Source: Oligoflexales bacterium
Lineage (GTDB): Bacteria > Bdellovibrionota_B > Oligoflexia > Oligoflexales > Bog-1112
Assembly: GCA_045105515.1 (NCBI GenBank)
Contig: JBGCDR010000181.1
Span: 1 to 64,000 of the forward strand
Direction of reading: 5' to 3'
DNA: 64,000 nucleotides
Shown here: positions 38,735 to 48,628 of the stretch, one piece after another
Numbering within the stretch: position 1 is the first letter of the stretch
How the letters are laid out: each line of letters starts with the position of its first letter
Notes under the pieces: model-generated
What the model was told of the DNA's origin: nothing
Databases searched by the model: none
What the model saw: only the letters and a program-made list of their open reading frames with translations
Made by a program: the position numbers and the translations under genes

Positions 38735-40645
38735 ATGGGAAAGATTATTGGAATTGATTTAGGGACTACTAACTCGGTTGTTTCGGTCTTGGAGCAGGGG
38801 CAAGTTAAAATTATCCCAAATGCCGAAGGACAAAGAACCACCCCTAGTGTGGTTGCTTACACCAAAGATGGCGGAGAAGTTTTAGTTGGTGCTGCAGCAC
38901 GAAGACAAGCCGTAACCAACCCACAAAGAACAGTATTTTCAGCAAAAAGATTTATCGGCTGTAAGTTTACCGAGCGCGAAGATGAATCAAGAAAAGTTCC
39001 TTACACTGTAAAAAGTGGTAACGGAGGAACTGCTGTATTTGATATTGATGGCAAAGATGTCCATCCTACAGAAATTTCTGCGAAAGTTTTAGGCAAGCTT
39101 AAGCAGGCTGCGGAAGATTACCTGGGAGAGGCTGTCACTGAAGCCGTTATTACTGTACCTGCTTATTTCAACGACTCCCAACGGCAAGCAACCAAAGACG
39201 CTGGTAAAATTGCTGGCCTAGACGTTAAGCGGATCGTCGCTGAACCAACTGCAGCAGCCTTAGCTTATGGGATGGACAAGAAACACCACGAAAAAGTCGC
39301 CGTATTTGACTTCGGTGGCGGTACTTTTGATATATCCATCCTTGAAGTGGGTGACAATGTTGTCGAAGTTCTTGCGACCAACGGCGACTCTCACTTAGGT
39401 GGTGATAATGTTGATGAAGTTTTGATTCACTTCTTAGTAGAAACTTTCAAAAAAGACACTGGCATTGATGTCTCAGCAGATCCAATGGCAATGCAACGCC
39501 TAAAAGAGGCAGCAGAAAAAGCAAAGATCGAGCTTTCTTCTTCTGTAACGACTGAAGTGAATCTACCATTCTTAACGGCTGATCAATCTGGCCCTAAGCA
39601 TTTAAACGTATCAATCCAACGATCTGAGTTTGAGAAACTCATTGCCGGCCTGATTGAGAAGACGTTGGAGCCATGCAGAAAGTGTGTCGCCGATGCCGGA
39701 ATTCCTGTATCAGACATCAACGAAATCCTTCTAGTTGGTGGCTCCACTCGTATTCCTTTAGTACAGCAAAAAGTCAAAGAGTTTTTCCAAAAAGAACCCA
39801 ATAAAAGTGTAAACCCAGATGAAGTAGTTGCACACGGTGCTGCAATCCAAGCAGGTATCTTAGGCGGTGATGTAAAAGACATTCTTCTGCTTGACGTTAC
39901 ACCACTATCTCTTGGAATTGAAACTCAAGGTGGTGTTATGACACGCCTCATTGATCGCAACACCACAATCCCTACTAAGAAAAGCCAGGTCTTCTCAACT
40001 GCTGCTGATAACCAAACTTCAGTAGAGATCCTAGTCCTTCAGGGTGAACGCGATATGGCTTCAGACAACCGTAAGATTGGTAGTTTCAGCTTAGTGGATA
40101 TTCCTCCTGCACCACGCGGAGTTCCACAGATCGAAGTAACCTTCGATATTGACGCCAATGCCATCCTTTCTGTCTCTGCTAAAGACATGGGCACAGGAAA
40201 GGAACAAAACATCAAAATTACTGCAGAAACTAAGCTTTCAGACGATGATATCGACAAAATGGTCAAGGAAGGTGAGGCGAACGCTGAAGCCGATAAAGCC
40301 AAAAGAGAAAAAGTTGAAGCCCACAATAACTTGGACTCTATGGTCTACCAGGCTGAGAAGCTTCTAAAAGACAATACCAACTTGCCAAAAGACCTCAAAG
40401 AAGAGGTTGAGTCTGCAATCAACACAGCTAAGTCCAAGCTTGATGGAGACGTACCAACCCTTAAAGCCGCAAAGACTGAGTTTGAAGCTAAGCTCCACAA
40501 ACTTACTGAACATGTTTACAAGCAGGCGGGTGCTCAGCAAGGTCAAGGGGGTCAAACCGGTGATCCTCAGCAGGCACAGACAGAGAACAAGTCTGACGAC
40601 AATGTGGTTGACGCAGAGTTCGAAGAAGGTGATAGCAAAAAATAA
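38735..40645 (+). CDS. dnaK: Chaperone DnaK (Hsp70)
   Basis: [35 protein letters not shown]-terminal VVDAEFEE. Confidence 0.99.
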   Translation: MGKIIGIDLGTTNSVVSVLEQGQVKIIPNAEGQRTTPSVVAYTKDGGEVLVGAAARRQAVTNPQRTVFSAKRFIGCKFTEREDESRKVPYTVKSGNGGTAVFDIDGKDVHPTEISAKVLGKLKQAAEDYLGEAVTEAVITVPAYFNDSQRQATKDAGKIAGLDVKRIVAEPTAAALAYGMDKKHHEKVAVFDFGGGTFDISILEVGDNVVEVLATNGDSHLGGDNVDEVLIHFLVETFKKDTGIDVSADPMAMQRLKEAAEKAKIELSSSVTTEVNLPFLTADQSGPKHLNVSIQRSEFEKLIAGLIEKTLEPCRKCVADAGIPVSDINEILLVGGSTRIPLVQQKVKEFFQKEPNKSVNPDEVVAHGAAIQAGILGGDVKDILLLDVTPLSLGIETQGGVMTRLIDRNTTIPTKKSQVFSTAADNQTSVEILVLQGERDMASDNRKIGSFSLVDIPPAPRGVPQIEVTFDIDANAILSVSAKDMGTGKEQNIKITAETKLSDDDIDKMVKEGEANAEADKAKREKVEAHNNLDSMVYQAEKLLKDNTNLPKDLKEEVESAINTAKSKLDGDVPTLKAAKTEFEAKLHKLTEHVYKQAGAQQGQGGQTGDPQQAQTENKSDDNVVDAEFEEGDSKK

Positions 40646-40665
40646 TCTCGTACAACGAGAAGCTC

Positions 40666-40708
40666 AAAAAGCTCCTAGTGCCTCGGTTCTAGGAGCTTTT
40701 TATTTTTA
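40666..40708 (+). terminator. Rho-independent terminator of dnaK
   Basis: AAAAAGCTCCTAG-loop-CTAGGAGCTTTTT followed by ATTTTT. Confidence 0.85.
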
Positions 40709-40754
40709 TAAGACAATTTATAGAGTCTATAAGCATTTGAGCCACATAGAGCTA

Positions 40755-40908
40755 AGATCTCTCCCTTCACTTGCGCTCAGTCGAGATGATAGAGACCTAA
40801 ATCGTTATCTTGAGCAAAGCCAATACGAGAACCCTTCACTGAGTCGAGATGATGGGCTAGAATCTAGATTAGTCAAAATAGTCATCTCGAGCATAGTCGA
40901 GAGATCCC
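40755..40908. repeat. Cluster of palindromic repeat arms
   Basis: AGATCTCTCC...GTCGAGATGAT, ...GAGTCGAGATGAT and GTCATCTCGAGCATAGTCGAGAGATCC. Confidence 0.65.
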
Positions 40909-41005
40909 TCTCGCTTACTGCAGAATCAAGATAACAAACTCAAACCAGGCCAACGAATTTATGTTTTATGGCAGGAACAAATTTTCGGTGAAAAAAGAGA
41001 AAAAT

Positions 41006-41620
41006 TTAAGAATGGACTGCCTGACTCCGATGCACTCCAACTCTGTGAAGCATCTTCGGATGTTTCATAAATGAATTTTTGTTTCTACTTTTAAATTTTT
41101 GCTCCATAGCTTTTTTTGCCTTATGACGTTTCTTATGGAGTTTAAAATCTTTTAGATAATCTTTACGAGCAGCCTCAGCTTCTTCCCATGCATTTGAACT
41201 GGTAACAAATTGATATAGATGCTCGCATTCTTCGCAGGCTTTACTCCCTAGAGCATCCATGGCATCTGCGAATTGTACTCCCCAAACAGCATAAATATCT
41301 TCAGGTTTATCTAGTTTTTCTGCCATCAATGGCAAAACCCAACCAGCATACTCTTCTTTTATCCAACGAAAAGTATAAAAACCTATGTTTGTAAAAGGAG
41401 CAAAACCGAACTTACGGGATTGCTGTCTTGAGTAATCAATTCTATTTTTTTCTTTAAGTAATGCCTTTGCAATCCAACTACCGTCACCAGCCTTTTGATT
41501 GTTAATCATATCCTGGGCAATCTTTTGAAAAGAACTGTTCGGTAATTTGTAGAGGGTACTGCAAGCGAAATCCTTAACCATCTTTGTGGTTTCCCTCAGT
41601 GTCTCTTTATCTCGATGCAT
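41006..41620 (-). CDS. Hypothetical protein
   Basis: 204-aa ORF with SD GAGG; CxxCxH (CEECEH) but no signal peptide. Confidence 0.55.
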   Translation of the reverse strand: MHRDKETLRETTKMVKDFACSTLYKLPNSSFQKIAQDMINNQKAGDGSWIAKALLKEKNRIDYSRQQSRKFGFAPFTNIGFYTFRWIKEEYAGWVLPLMAEKLDKPEDIYAVWGVQFADAMDALGSKACEECEHLYQFVTSSNAWEEAEAARKDYLKDFKLHKKRHKAKKAMEQKFKSRNKNSFMKHPKMLHRVGVHRSQAVHS

Positions 41621-41934
41621 GGTTAATCCTCACTATCATATATAAACTGCAACTCTTTGATTTTAAAAAGCTCAACTTGTGGCCAGTGAAACAAAATTCA
41701 ATTCTGTGGATTTTTCGAAACCAAGCTTGCTTTATCTGAAGCAAAGATTAGCTCTATTTGGCACTTATACACAAGAAAAAACTATGAATCCACCTCTAAA
41801 GAGGCGCCTAAACAAGAATCTCTAAGACAACACGCTGGAATAAAATATTTTTCTTTTCTAGCCCGCCAATACCTTAAGAGCCATATCTTTATATGAAATA
41901 CAGGCAAAAAAGAAAAGCTAAAAGTTATAACATA

Positions 41935-42660
41935 TTAATAAAATGGGTTTTTTTCTGCGGTAAAAGGAACCGTTTCCTGGAGGGGTTTGTGGTAGTTTAT
42001 GCGCATAAATTCTTTAAAATAGTCACTAGTTAAGCAAATTTTCTTTCCGACTCCCTTGGAAATAGCTCCTCCCCAAAACTGGGCTGCAAGTTTATTTGCA
42101 GCTTCATATCGCTCATGATTAACGATGTCAGCTTTATCGAACAGAACACTCCTAAGCTGGTGCAAATGTGGATTACCTTGCTGTTGAAGGAGCATAATCG
42201 CGGAAAACAAAAACTTATCGATTTCTCCTTGCCATTCTAGCTCTAACTGAGACACCTCTCTATTCTGCTGAGCTCTCTGAAATATAAGGTGAAAATGACT
42301 AAGCTCTTCAACTAAAACACAAAAAGCATCAAGGTTTTTATAATTTAAAGATTCTAAAGGATTCTCTGCTAAAACCCGATTTATTAAATCAGTTTCAAAG
42401 TATATTCCCAAAAACAGTTCTGGATCAGAACTCACTTCGCAGGTAGATTCTTGCAAGCAAACTGCAGCTCTAGGAGAGCCTTTCTCAGAAGTATCTAAAC
42501 TAGCAGCTAAATAATCTTTTTCCAACAAAAAATCGGTGGCAGTTGGCGACTCAAAACCATAATAGGAAGTTAAAAAAGACTCCACGTCTTCTAAAAGCTT
42601 GGTAAAACATTTGGATTTAGATGTTGTGGCTTGTTCGCAATTTGTGGTCTCTTCAGCCAT
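41935..42660 (-). CDS. Conserved hypothetical protein with EExxH motif
   Basis: LVEELSHF...ELEWQGEIDKF...RYEAAN; I recall this pattern from deltaproteobacterial hypotheticals paired with the next gene. Confidence 0.65.
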   Translation of the reverse strand: MAEETTNCEQATTSKSKCFTKLLEDVESFLTSYYGFESPTATDFLLEKDYLAASLDTSEKGSPRAAVCLQESTCEVSSDPELFLGIYFETDLINRVLAENPLESLNYKNLDAFCVLVEELSHFHLIFQRAQQNREVSQLELEWQGEIDKFLFSAIMLLQQQGNPHLHQLRSVLFDKADIVNHERYEAANKLAAQFWGGAISKGVGKKICLTSDYFKEFMRINYHKPLQETVPFTAEKNPFY

Positions 42661-42683
42661 TTAAAATCACCTCTTATCTGTGA

Positions 42684-43307
42684 TTACTGTGCCACTTTCA
42701 TATTAACCTGGATTGGCTCTATACCTGACTCTTCCAACTTCTTGCGAAGCCGCTCCGATTGATTTTTAGTCCACCTATCGTACAAGGCAAGTAAGTTAGC
42801 ATTTTCAGAATTTCCCAATAAGTCGGCTACTTCAGCTAAAACTTCGACGAGCATTGGAAAGTTGTCGGATAGAGAATGATAAATTTGAGGGAATCTTTTA
42901 TCTTTAAATCCATCTCTCATAAGCGATGAAACATTATTATAAGCGCTAGAACCAAGAGTAATATAGTAATCTATATCATAAGTCTTGCTGTTAAAAAAGT
43001 CTTGGAAATATCCTGAAACATATAAACTAGTATCACCAAGAACTTTATAAAGTTTAATCTGCTCTTCCTGTTGTGGAGATTCTAATGCTTTTTTAAGTAT
43101 GAGCGCTAAAGGCGTCTCTAAAATATCAATTTCTTCTAAAACAGAATTCATTTTTTCAGGATTTATAAAATCACAAAGTAAGTTTACTAAATAAAACTCT
43201 ATCTCTTCATTTAGTTCTAACTTTTGATTTCCAATTGCACTAGATACTTTTTCCCTAAAAAACTCTGTCGGGTTGATTAATAAACTTACACCTTCTGACA
43301 TATGCAC
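42684..43307 (-). CDS. Conserved hypothetical protein
   Basis: YLVNLL, LGDTSLYVSGYF, YYITLGSSAY, LLALYDRW motifs. Confidence 0.7.
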   Translation of the reverse strand: MHMSEGVSLLINPTEFFREKVSSAIGNQKLELNEEIEFYLVNLLCDFINPEKMNSVLEEIDILETPLALILKKALESPQQEEQIKLYKVLGDTSLYVSGYFQDFFNSKTYDIDYYITLGSSAYNNVSSLMRDGFKDKRFPQIYHSLSDNFPMLVEVLAEVADLLGNSENANLLALYDRWTKNQSERLRKKLEESGIEPIQVNMKVAQ

Positions 43308-43384
43308 CTCTTCTATTGCAAGCTCTCTTCCTCTTCTCAGCCTGTAATTAGGACTAGCGAATAAGGCGGTTTCCAGCTATCATA

Positions 43385-43412
43385 GCTTCGGCAGAACACA
43401 TCGATTTCTTTA
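43385..43412 (-). promoter_or_regulatory. Putative sigma28 promoter
   Basis: TAAAG-N15-GCCGAAGC upstream of the 43307/42660 gene pair. Confidence 0.45.
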
Positions 43413-43584
43413 ACCAAGTTTCATAGCGGAAGAGACTTTACGTCAATAAATTCGACATTTTCAGCTCGTAATAATTTGAAATTAAAAGGTGTTTCGGAAA
43501 TCAACAGTCTCACCTGGAAATTTTTGGTAGACATGAAAAGAACCTCACATAGTATCTCAGATAAAGAAGCATTAAGGTACCCCA

Positions 43585-43953
43585 ATGACTAGACCTCCCC
43601 TCAATGACCAAAAGCGCCAAATTGACCACATGAGCTTGGAAGAAATTGTCCACTTAGCAAATAAAGTGGGTATGGAATACTGCGATGCTAAACGCAAATC
43701 AGAACGCCTCGAATTACTAAAGCCAACACAGCGAGCCAAGGCTATGGAAAAATATGACGACGGCAAAAGAAGTGAAGCAAAAATAAAACGTCTAGCAGAA
43801 GTTGATCAAGAATACATACGTTCTCTTGAAGAACTATCTGAGGCTAAATCCGCTTCAGAGAAACTTCGTCTACGTTATGAGTCTTTTAAAAACCTATTCG
43901 AAGCTCGAAGGAGTATGCTGAGTTACCAGAAAGCCGAAATGAAACTTTTATAA
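43585..43953 (+). CDS. Hypothetical coiled-coil protein
   Basis: 122-aa all-helical ORF with SD AAGG. Confidence 0.7.
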   Translation: MTRPPLNDQKRQIDHMSLEEIVHLANKVGMEYCDAKRKSERLELLKPTQRAKAMEKYDDGKRSEAKIKRLAEVDQEYIRSLEELSEAKSASEKLRLRYESFKNLFEARRSMLSYQKAEMKLL

Positions 43954-44940
43954 ATTTTCTTTCGCATTTCCTCGCTTCTTGCTCTTCCTAAGACTACTAA
44001 TACGTTTTTTTACATCTGTCAGTAAGCTTATATACTCAGGATCTGTAGATGCTTGCCTACGAAATAATTGATAGTGTTTCACTGCTTTTTGTGAGTTAAT
44101 CTTTTCGTATGCTTTTCCTAATAAAAGATGCGTTTCAGTAAGATATGGTCTAATTCTAAGCGCTCTTTCCATATAAGTAATTGCTACTTTGAACTTTTTT
44201 TCTTCGAGGTAACATTTTCCCAACCCCAACAAGGCACCAGCTAATAAAGGTTGCTGTTTCACAGCAAGCTTATATAACTTCATAGCTTTCTTAACTGCAC
44301 CTACCTCAAACATTATGTCACCCTCAACACTATGTAGGTATGCTAGATCAAATTTTTCGGCGTCTTCTTTAGAAGCTCTGATGGTCTTGAGAGCTTCTCG
44401 ATACCTTTTAATTTTTAAATAGGTCCTTGCAATGATTATTGCCGTCTGTGCATCTCGAGGCTCAACTTTTTGGAGTTTACGAGCCGTTTGCAGAGCTTCA
44501 CTGTAGTATCTAATTCTAAAATAGCTCCATGCTAAAGCCTTGAGAGCCTTGCTATCTAAGGATTTTATTTTAAGAGATTTTTGATAGTGAAAGATCGCAT
44601 CAGCATAATTTTCTAATGCTCTATAGGCCTCACCCAGATAAAAATTTGCATCAAAATTATTGCTATACCGATACATTGCTTTATCAAGATATCGGACCGC
44701 ATCCTTATAATTTCCAACTTTTACTAAAACCATTCCCAGGTTTCTATATGCTGTAAAATTTTTAGGTCTAACTGCTATTGATTTTTTATAGCTTTCAATA
44801 GCTTCTCGCAGGAGTCCATCTTTAGCATACTGATTGCCAATTGAAACATAGGTTCTTTTGGAGGTACTCTGACAAGATGAAATCAGAGTCGAAGAAATAA
44901 TAAAAAGAATTAGAACGATATTACCAATTTTTCGATCCAT
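43948..44940 (-). CDS. TPR lipoprotein
   Basis: Lipobox ISSC; many TPRs (AYRNLGMVL, ANFYLGEAY, ALLGLGKCY). Confidence 0.85.
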   Translation of the reverse strand: MDRKIGNIVLILFIISSTLISSCQSTSKRTYVSIGNQYAKDGLLREAIESYKKSIAVRPKNFTAYRNLGMVLVKVGNYKDAVRYLDKAMYRYSNNFDANFYLGEAYRALENYADAIFHYQKSLKIKSLDSKALKALAWSYFRIRYYSEALQTARKLQKVEPRDAQTAIIIARTYLKIKRYREALKTIRASKEDAEKFDLAYLHSVEGDIMFEVGAVKKAMKLYKLAVKQQPLLAGALLGLGKCYLEEKKFKVAITYMERALRIRPYLTETHLLLGKAYEKINSQKAVKHYQLFRRQASTDPEYISLLTDVKKRISSLRKSKKRGNAKENL

Positions 44941-45016
44941 ATGGATAATAGCTCTTGTTACATAGTGTTCTTTTTTTAATATTATAGCTTATTTTCTTGA
45001 GGACGTCAGCCAAGGT

Positions 45017-45427
45017 CTAATCGAGGACATAGTATTCTTCAAACAATGACCAACAACGGCTGTCTTTCGAATAAAAAGATAAGATAATCTGCTTTTCTTG
45101 CCAATCTTTATAGCTTGCAGCATTATAGGTATAATACCTTAAACTTAATGATCCAGACTTTCCTGTTACCATATTATTTGGTACAGGCATGAAATCATCC
45201 AAATAGTAACACTCATTAGGGGTATTTTTCAAAAATGGTAATGCAACTCCTTGATCTGTTAACTTCTTGGTGGAAATCAAGAGTTGGCAAGCTGACAGCA
45301 AGTACAGCGAAACTAGGAGAGCAAATCTAGTGAAGATGTTCATAACCATCCCGCTTACTTTTAGATTACTCATACCCTTATTCCCTGAATTTATTAATAA
45401 CTCCAAAAAACATTCGTCGATCCCCAA
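45017..45427 (-). CDS. Small hypothetical lipoprotein (true start probably near 45343)
   Basis: MNIFTRFALLVSLYLLSAC lipobox. Confidence 0.6.
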   Translation of the reverse strand: MGIDECFLELLINSGNKGMSNLKVSGMVMNIFTRFALLVSLYLLSACQLLISTKKLTDQGVALPFLKNTPNECYYLDDFMPVPNNMVTGKSGSLSLRYYTYNAASYKDWQEKQIILSFYSKDSRCWSLFEEYYVLD

Positions 45428-45463
45428 TTTACCTTTAGGTTATTTTTTATAGGGTACTGTTTT

Positions 45464-46747
45464 ATGAAGATTTTTTTTATTTTTTTGGTTTTTATGCTAA
45501 GTGCTTGCACGATCTTTATTGGCAAAAGGCAATCATTGTGGACCGAGTTAGACAAAACCGAAACAGTTTCCTGTGAGAGCATATCCCCCCCACTCAATCA
45601 CATTGGACTTATGGATGTGATGCTGATCAAAGATAGAAACAGTTCTTCTTTTCTTTTAAAATCAAAATCTCGTTTAAATGAAAACAAATTTTTCACCTAT
45701 AAAATCCCAACAGATGGGAGTATTAATGAAGAGCTCTTCGTACCCGTAAGTTTAAACCCAGAGTCTGAGTGGGCAGGCTCTGGAAAGGGTATATGGGGAA
45801 TGTATGAAAGTACCCTAGAAAATGAAGCACAAAACAAGACCGAGAAGGTACATCTCAAACTTTATTCCGTTAGCAATAATAGGAAATCTGCTAAGAAATT
45901 AGCACCAATTACTCTTAATAGCAATCCTGACAAGATTTTTCTCAAAGAAAGTAGACAGGGACTTTGGTTGGTAGATCAAAAAGATTCGAAATTTAATCTA
46001 CACAATCTTGAATTAGAGACAAATACTGAAAAATATTCAACCCTAAAAATGCAAACAAGTTTCTATGCTAAGCCAAGTCCTTTCACAATCAGATCCGAGG
46101 ATAATGAATATGCTATTTTTCTAGAAGAAACAGGGGGTGACCTCATTGCTGAGGAAGCTGAAGAAGGAGAAATCAACATAGAAGAGTATTTAGAGGCTGA
46201 TGACTTAACAACTCCATCCATAAACCTGGAAACAAATCCAATCACCAATACCTTCAAACTTCAAGCTCTCAACTCCCAGGATGCAACAACGCTCGAGTTA
46301 CCCACCAAACAAGGTATAGAAAATTGGAGTATCCATCCTCATAACTCTGGTTTTTACCTAGCGTACCTTGAAGGGGATTCTTTGATTGGACAAGCGAAAC
46401 TACATATAGCAAATTATCTAATCTCCAATAGTAAACAAGAGCTGGTTTGGTTCAAAACCTTTCCTATGAACCATATTCATGTTGGAGATATTGAATGGAT
46501 AGACCTCAAAAACGGTAAAGTCCAGCTTCATTTTCTTAAATGGTTAGATGGAGAGGCCACCTTGGCTTCTTTTAACCTTGCGCAGACCGAGGTTAATCCT
46601 ATAGAAAATAAAGGTGTCTTTCCAAGTGGAAGTACCTTGATGGGAGTTTTTGCTCCCAAAACGGATAACGATTTATACTATGCCCTGATTCGTTACAGTA
46701 GTGGAGCCTTTTGGCAATTTGACGTATGTCAGCTATACAATGACTGA
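45464..46747 (+). CDS. Hypothetical beta-rich lipoprotein
   Basis: Lipobox MLSAC. Confidence 0.7.
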   Translation: MKIFFIFLVFMLSACTIFIGKRQSLWTELDKTETVSCESISPPLNHIGLMDVMLIKDRNSSSFLLKSKSRLNENKFFTYKIPTDGSINEELFVPVSLNPESEWAGSGKGIWGMYESTLENEAQNKTEKVHLKLYSVSNNRKSAKKLAPITLNSNPDKIFLKESRQGLWLVDQKDSKFNLHNLELETNTEKYSTLKMQTSFYAKPSPFTIRSEDNEYAIFLEETGGDLIAEEAEEGEINIEEYLEADDLTTPSINLETNPITNTFKLQALNSQDATTLELPTKQGIENWSIHPHNSGFYLAYLEGDSLIGQAKLHIANYLISNSKQELVWFKTFPMNHIHVGDIEWIDLKNGKVQLHFLKWLDGEATLASFNLAQTEVNPIENKGVFPSGSTLMGVFAPKTDNDLYYALIRYSSGAFWQFDVCQLYND

Positions 46748-46770
46748 GGGGCCAGCTAAGGATTAGAGAA

Positions 46771-47679
46771 ATGGGATCTTACTCACCCGAAGAGAGGCTC
46801 GCCAGCCTCAATTTTTTAAGTAGCTCAGTTTTTTTTTTCAAAGATATCAAATTAGTACATAGTGTTTTTGCTCTCCCCTTTGCTGCAGTTGCCATGCTAA
46901 TGATACCGCTACCTGATAATTTGCTGCAGATTTCTCCATATTTGCTGGTTTGTATGATTACAGCAAGAAGCTTCGCCATGGGCATGAACAGATATCTGGA
47001 TCGCCATATCGATAAGTTAAATCCGAGGACAGCAGATCGCCTAATCGCAAATGGCACTCTAAGCCCCAAGTTTGGTCTCATGTGGAGCCTGCTTATGGGT
47101 TTGAGCTTCACGATATCTTCGTTTTTGATATCTACCTCGGTAGGCTTTTTAAGTCTACCTCTACTGCTCATTCTTGCAGCATATTCTCTTATGAAGAAAA
47201 TTACATGCTTGACTCATTGGTACCTTGGTTTTTGCCTAGGCCTGGCACCAGTAGCAGTGTGTGTGGCTCTTTCTGGAACTGTAACAATACCGGTCATACT
47301 GATTGGAGTTGCCGTTATGATGTGGACAGCCGGCTTTGATATTCTTTATTCTCTTCAAGATCATAGTTTTGATCTGAATGAAAATTTGCATAGCATTCCT
47401 TCGAAATTTGGCACTAGTGCAGCAGTTTACATAAGCAGGATTTCTTTTTTAGTGATGCTATTGAGCCTCACCCTCTGCGGTATTGAGGCTGAATTTGGCA
47501 CAACTTATTTTCTAGGTTTGGGAGTCATAGCTTTATTCTTAACATATGAACATTGGCTCGTTCGTGATGTACTACAATTTGGACATTCGAAGAATATCAA
47601 TAAAGCCTTCTTTAATGTCAATGCTTGGGTAGGCATTTTGTTTTTCATAGTCGTGCAGCTTGATCGATTTTTAACCTAG
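46771..47679 (+). CDS. UbiA-like polyprenyltransferase (MqnP-type)
   Basis: HSVFALPFA, ARSFAMGMNRYLDRHIDKLNPRT, WTAGFDILYSLQD, AFFNVN. Confidence 0.88.
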   Translation: MGSYSPEERLASLNFLSSSVFFFKDIKLVHSVFALPFAAVAMLMIPLPDNLLQISPYLLVCMITARSFAMGMNRYLDRHIDKLNPRTADRLIANGTLSPKFGLMWSLLMGLSFTISSFLISTSVGFLSLPLLLILAAYSLMKKITCLTHWYLGFCLGLAPVAVCVALSGTVTIPVILIGVAVMMWTAGFDILYSLQDHSFDLNENLHSIPSKFGTSAAVYISRISFLVMLLSLTLCGIEAEFGTTYFLGLGVIALFLTYEHWLVRDVLQFGHSKNINKAFFNVNAWVGILFFIVVQLDRFLT

Positions 47680-47888
47680 AACGATCATGCCTATAATTCT
47701 TCTCAATTAATTACCAGAAAAAACTTCCCAGTTATAAAAGGTCTAAACAACTAAAAGTCTTATCATTATACCAAAATAATGGATTCTTTTTACCTCCGAA
47801 AAATTCACCTATTGAGCAATCAAGCAGATCGCGATAATTTTAATCCTAGGAAACTTACTCCATTCCTAACTATTCAGGCTACGACTAA

Positions 47889-48566
47889 ATGCCAACTGTA
47901 TGGATCTGTGAAAAAATTAAATCCTGGGAACGATCTCTTATCGCAATGCTTTGTTGTAAGTATCCGGTCTTCCTTGTAGATGAGCTAGAAAAACTTATTG
48001 AAGGATTTGCTTTAAGACAAAATCAAGACCTCAAAGGGCACCTCATTATCGATCTAGACTCCTTCGACATCACTTTAAAATGCCTAAGAACACTTATATC
48101 TCCTTTAAAACCAACTGGTTCAACAATTATTCTATCTAAGGAATTTCAAGCTCAGGAAAAGCTTAACACCCCAATATTTTCTGAAAAACCTGAATACCTC
48201 GTAAACACTCTAAATTCTGAAATTGTTCTTACCAGGCTAATAGGAAAATCCACAAGTTCAGAAGCTTCAAATAACGGCTCTATAAGGTATAAAACGATTG
48301 AATTTTCGTTTGAAAAAATGTTTTTGAGATTCCTACCTGATGGAGAGCCAGAAAGTCTACCGCTAAAAGAAGCTAGACTCCTGAGAGTATTGCTTCAAGA
48401 TCCAACAAAGATTTGGACTAGAAACGAGCTTCAACAGGCTGTTTGGGATCGTCTAAAAGTATCTCCTCGTACCATTGATAGTCACATTTCACGGCTGAGA
48501 AAAAAGCTCCACTATTCTGGAATAAACATCGAATCTAAATATGGTGGTGGATATACAATCACTTAG
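47889..48566 (+). CDS. OmpR/PhoB-type winged-helix regulator with degenerate receiver
   Basis: LKEARLLRVL...TRNELQQAVW...RTIDSHISRLRKKL...YGGGY. Confidence 0.8.
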   Translation: MPTVWICEKIKSWERSLIAMLCCKYPVFLVDELEKLIEGFALRQNQDLKGHLIIDLDSFDITLKCLRTLISPLKPTGSTIILSKEFQAQEKLNTPIFSEKPEYLVNTLNSEIVLTRLIGKSTSSEASNNGSIRYKTIEFSFEKMFLRFLPDGEPESLPLKEARLLRVLLQDPTKIWTRNELQQAVWDRLKVSPRTIDSHISRLRKKLHYSGINIESKYGGGYTIT

Positions 48567-48628
48567 TGTGCACTGCAAAGAAACTATGATAATAATAGGC
48601 TATCATAATTAGTCATCTTCGTAGGTCT

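Noticed and set aside
40740..40930. Possible CRISPR array (recurring GTCGAGATGAT)
   Set aside because: Repeats are degenerate, in both orientations, without regular spacers or cas genes; better explained as palindromic interspersed repeats
41006..41620. c-type cytochrome or transposase
   Set aside because: CEECEH is not CxxCH and there is no signal peptide; no DDE/HUH motifs or terminal repeats recognised
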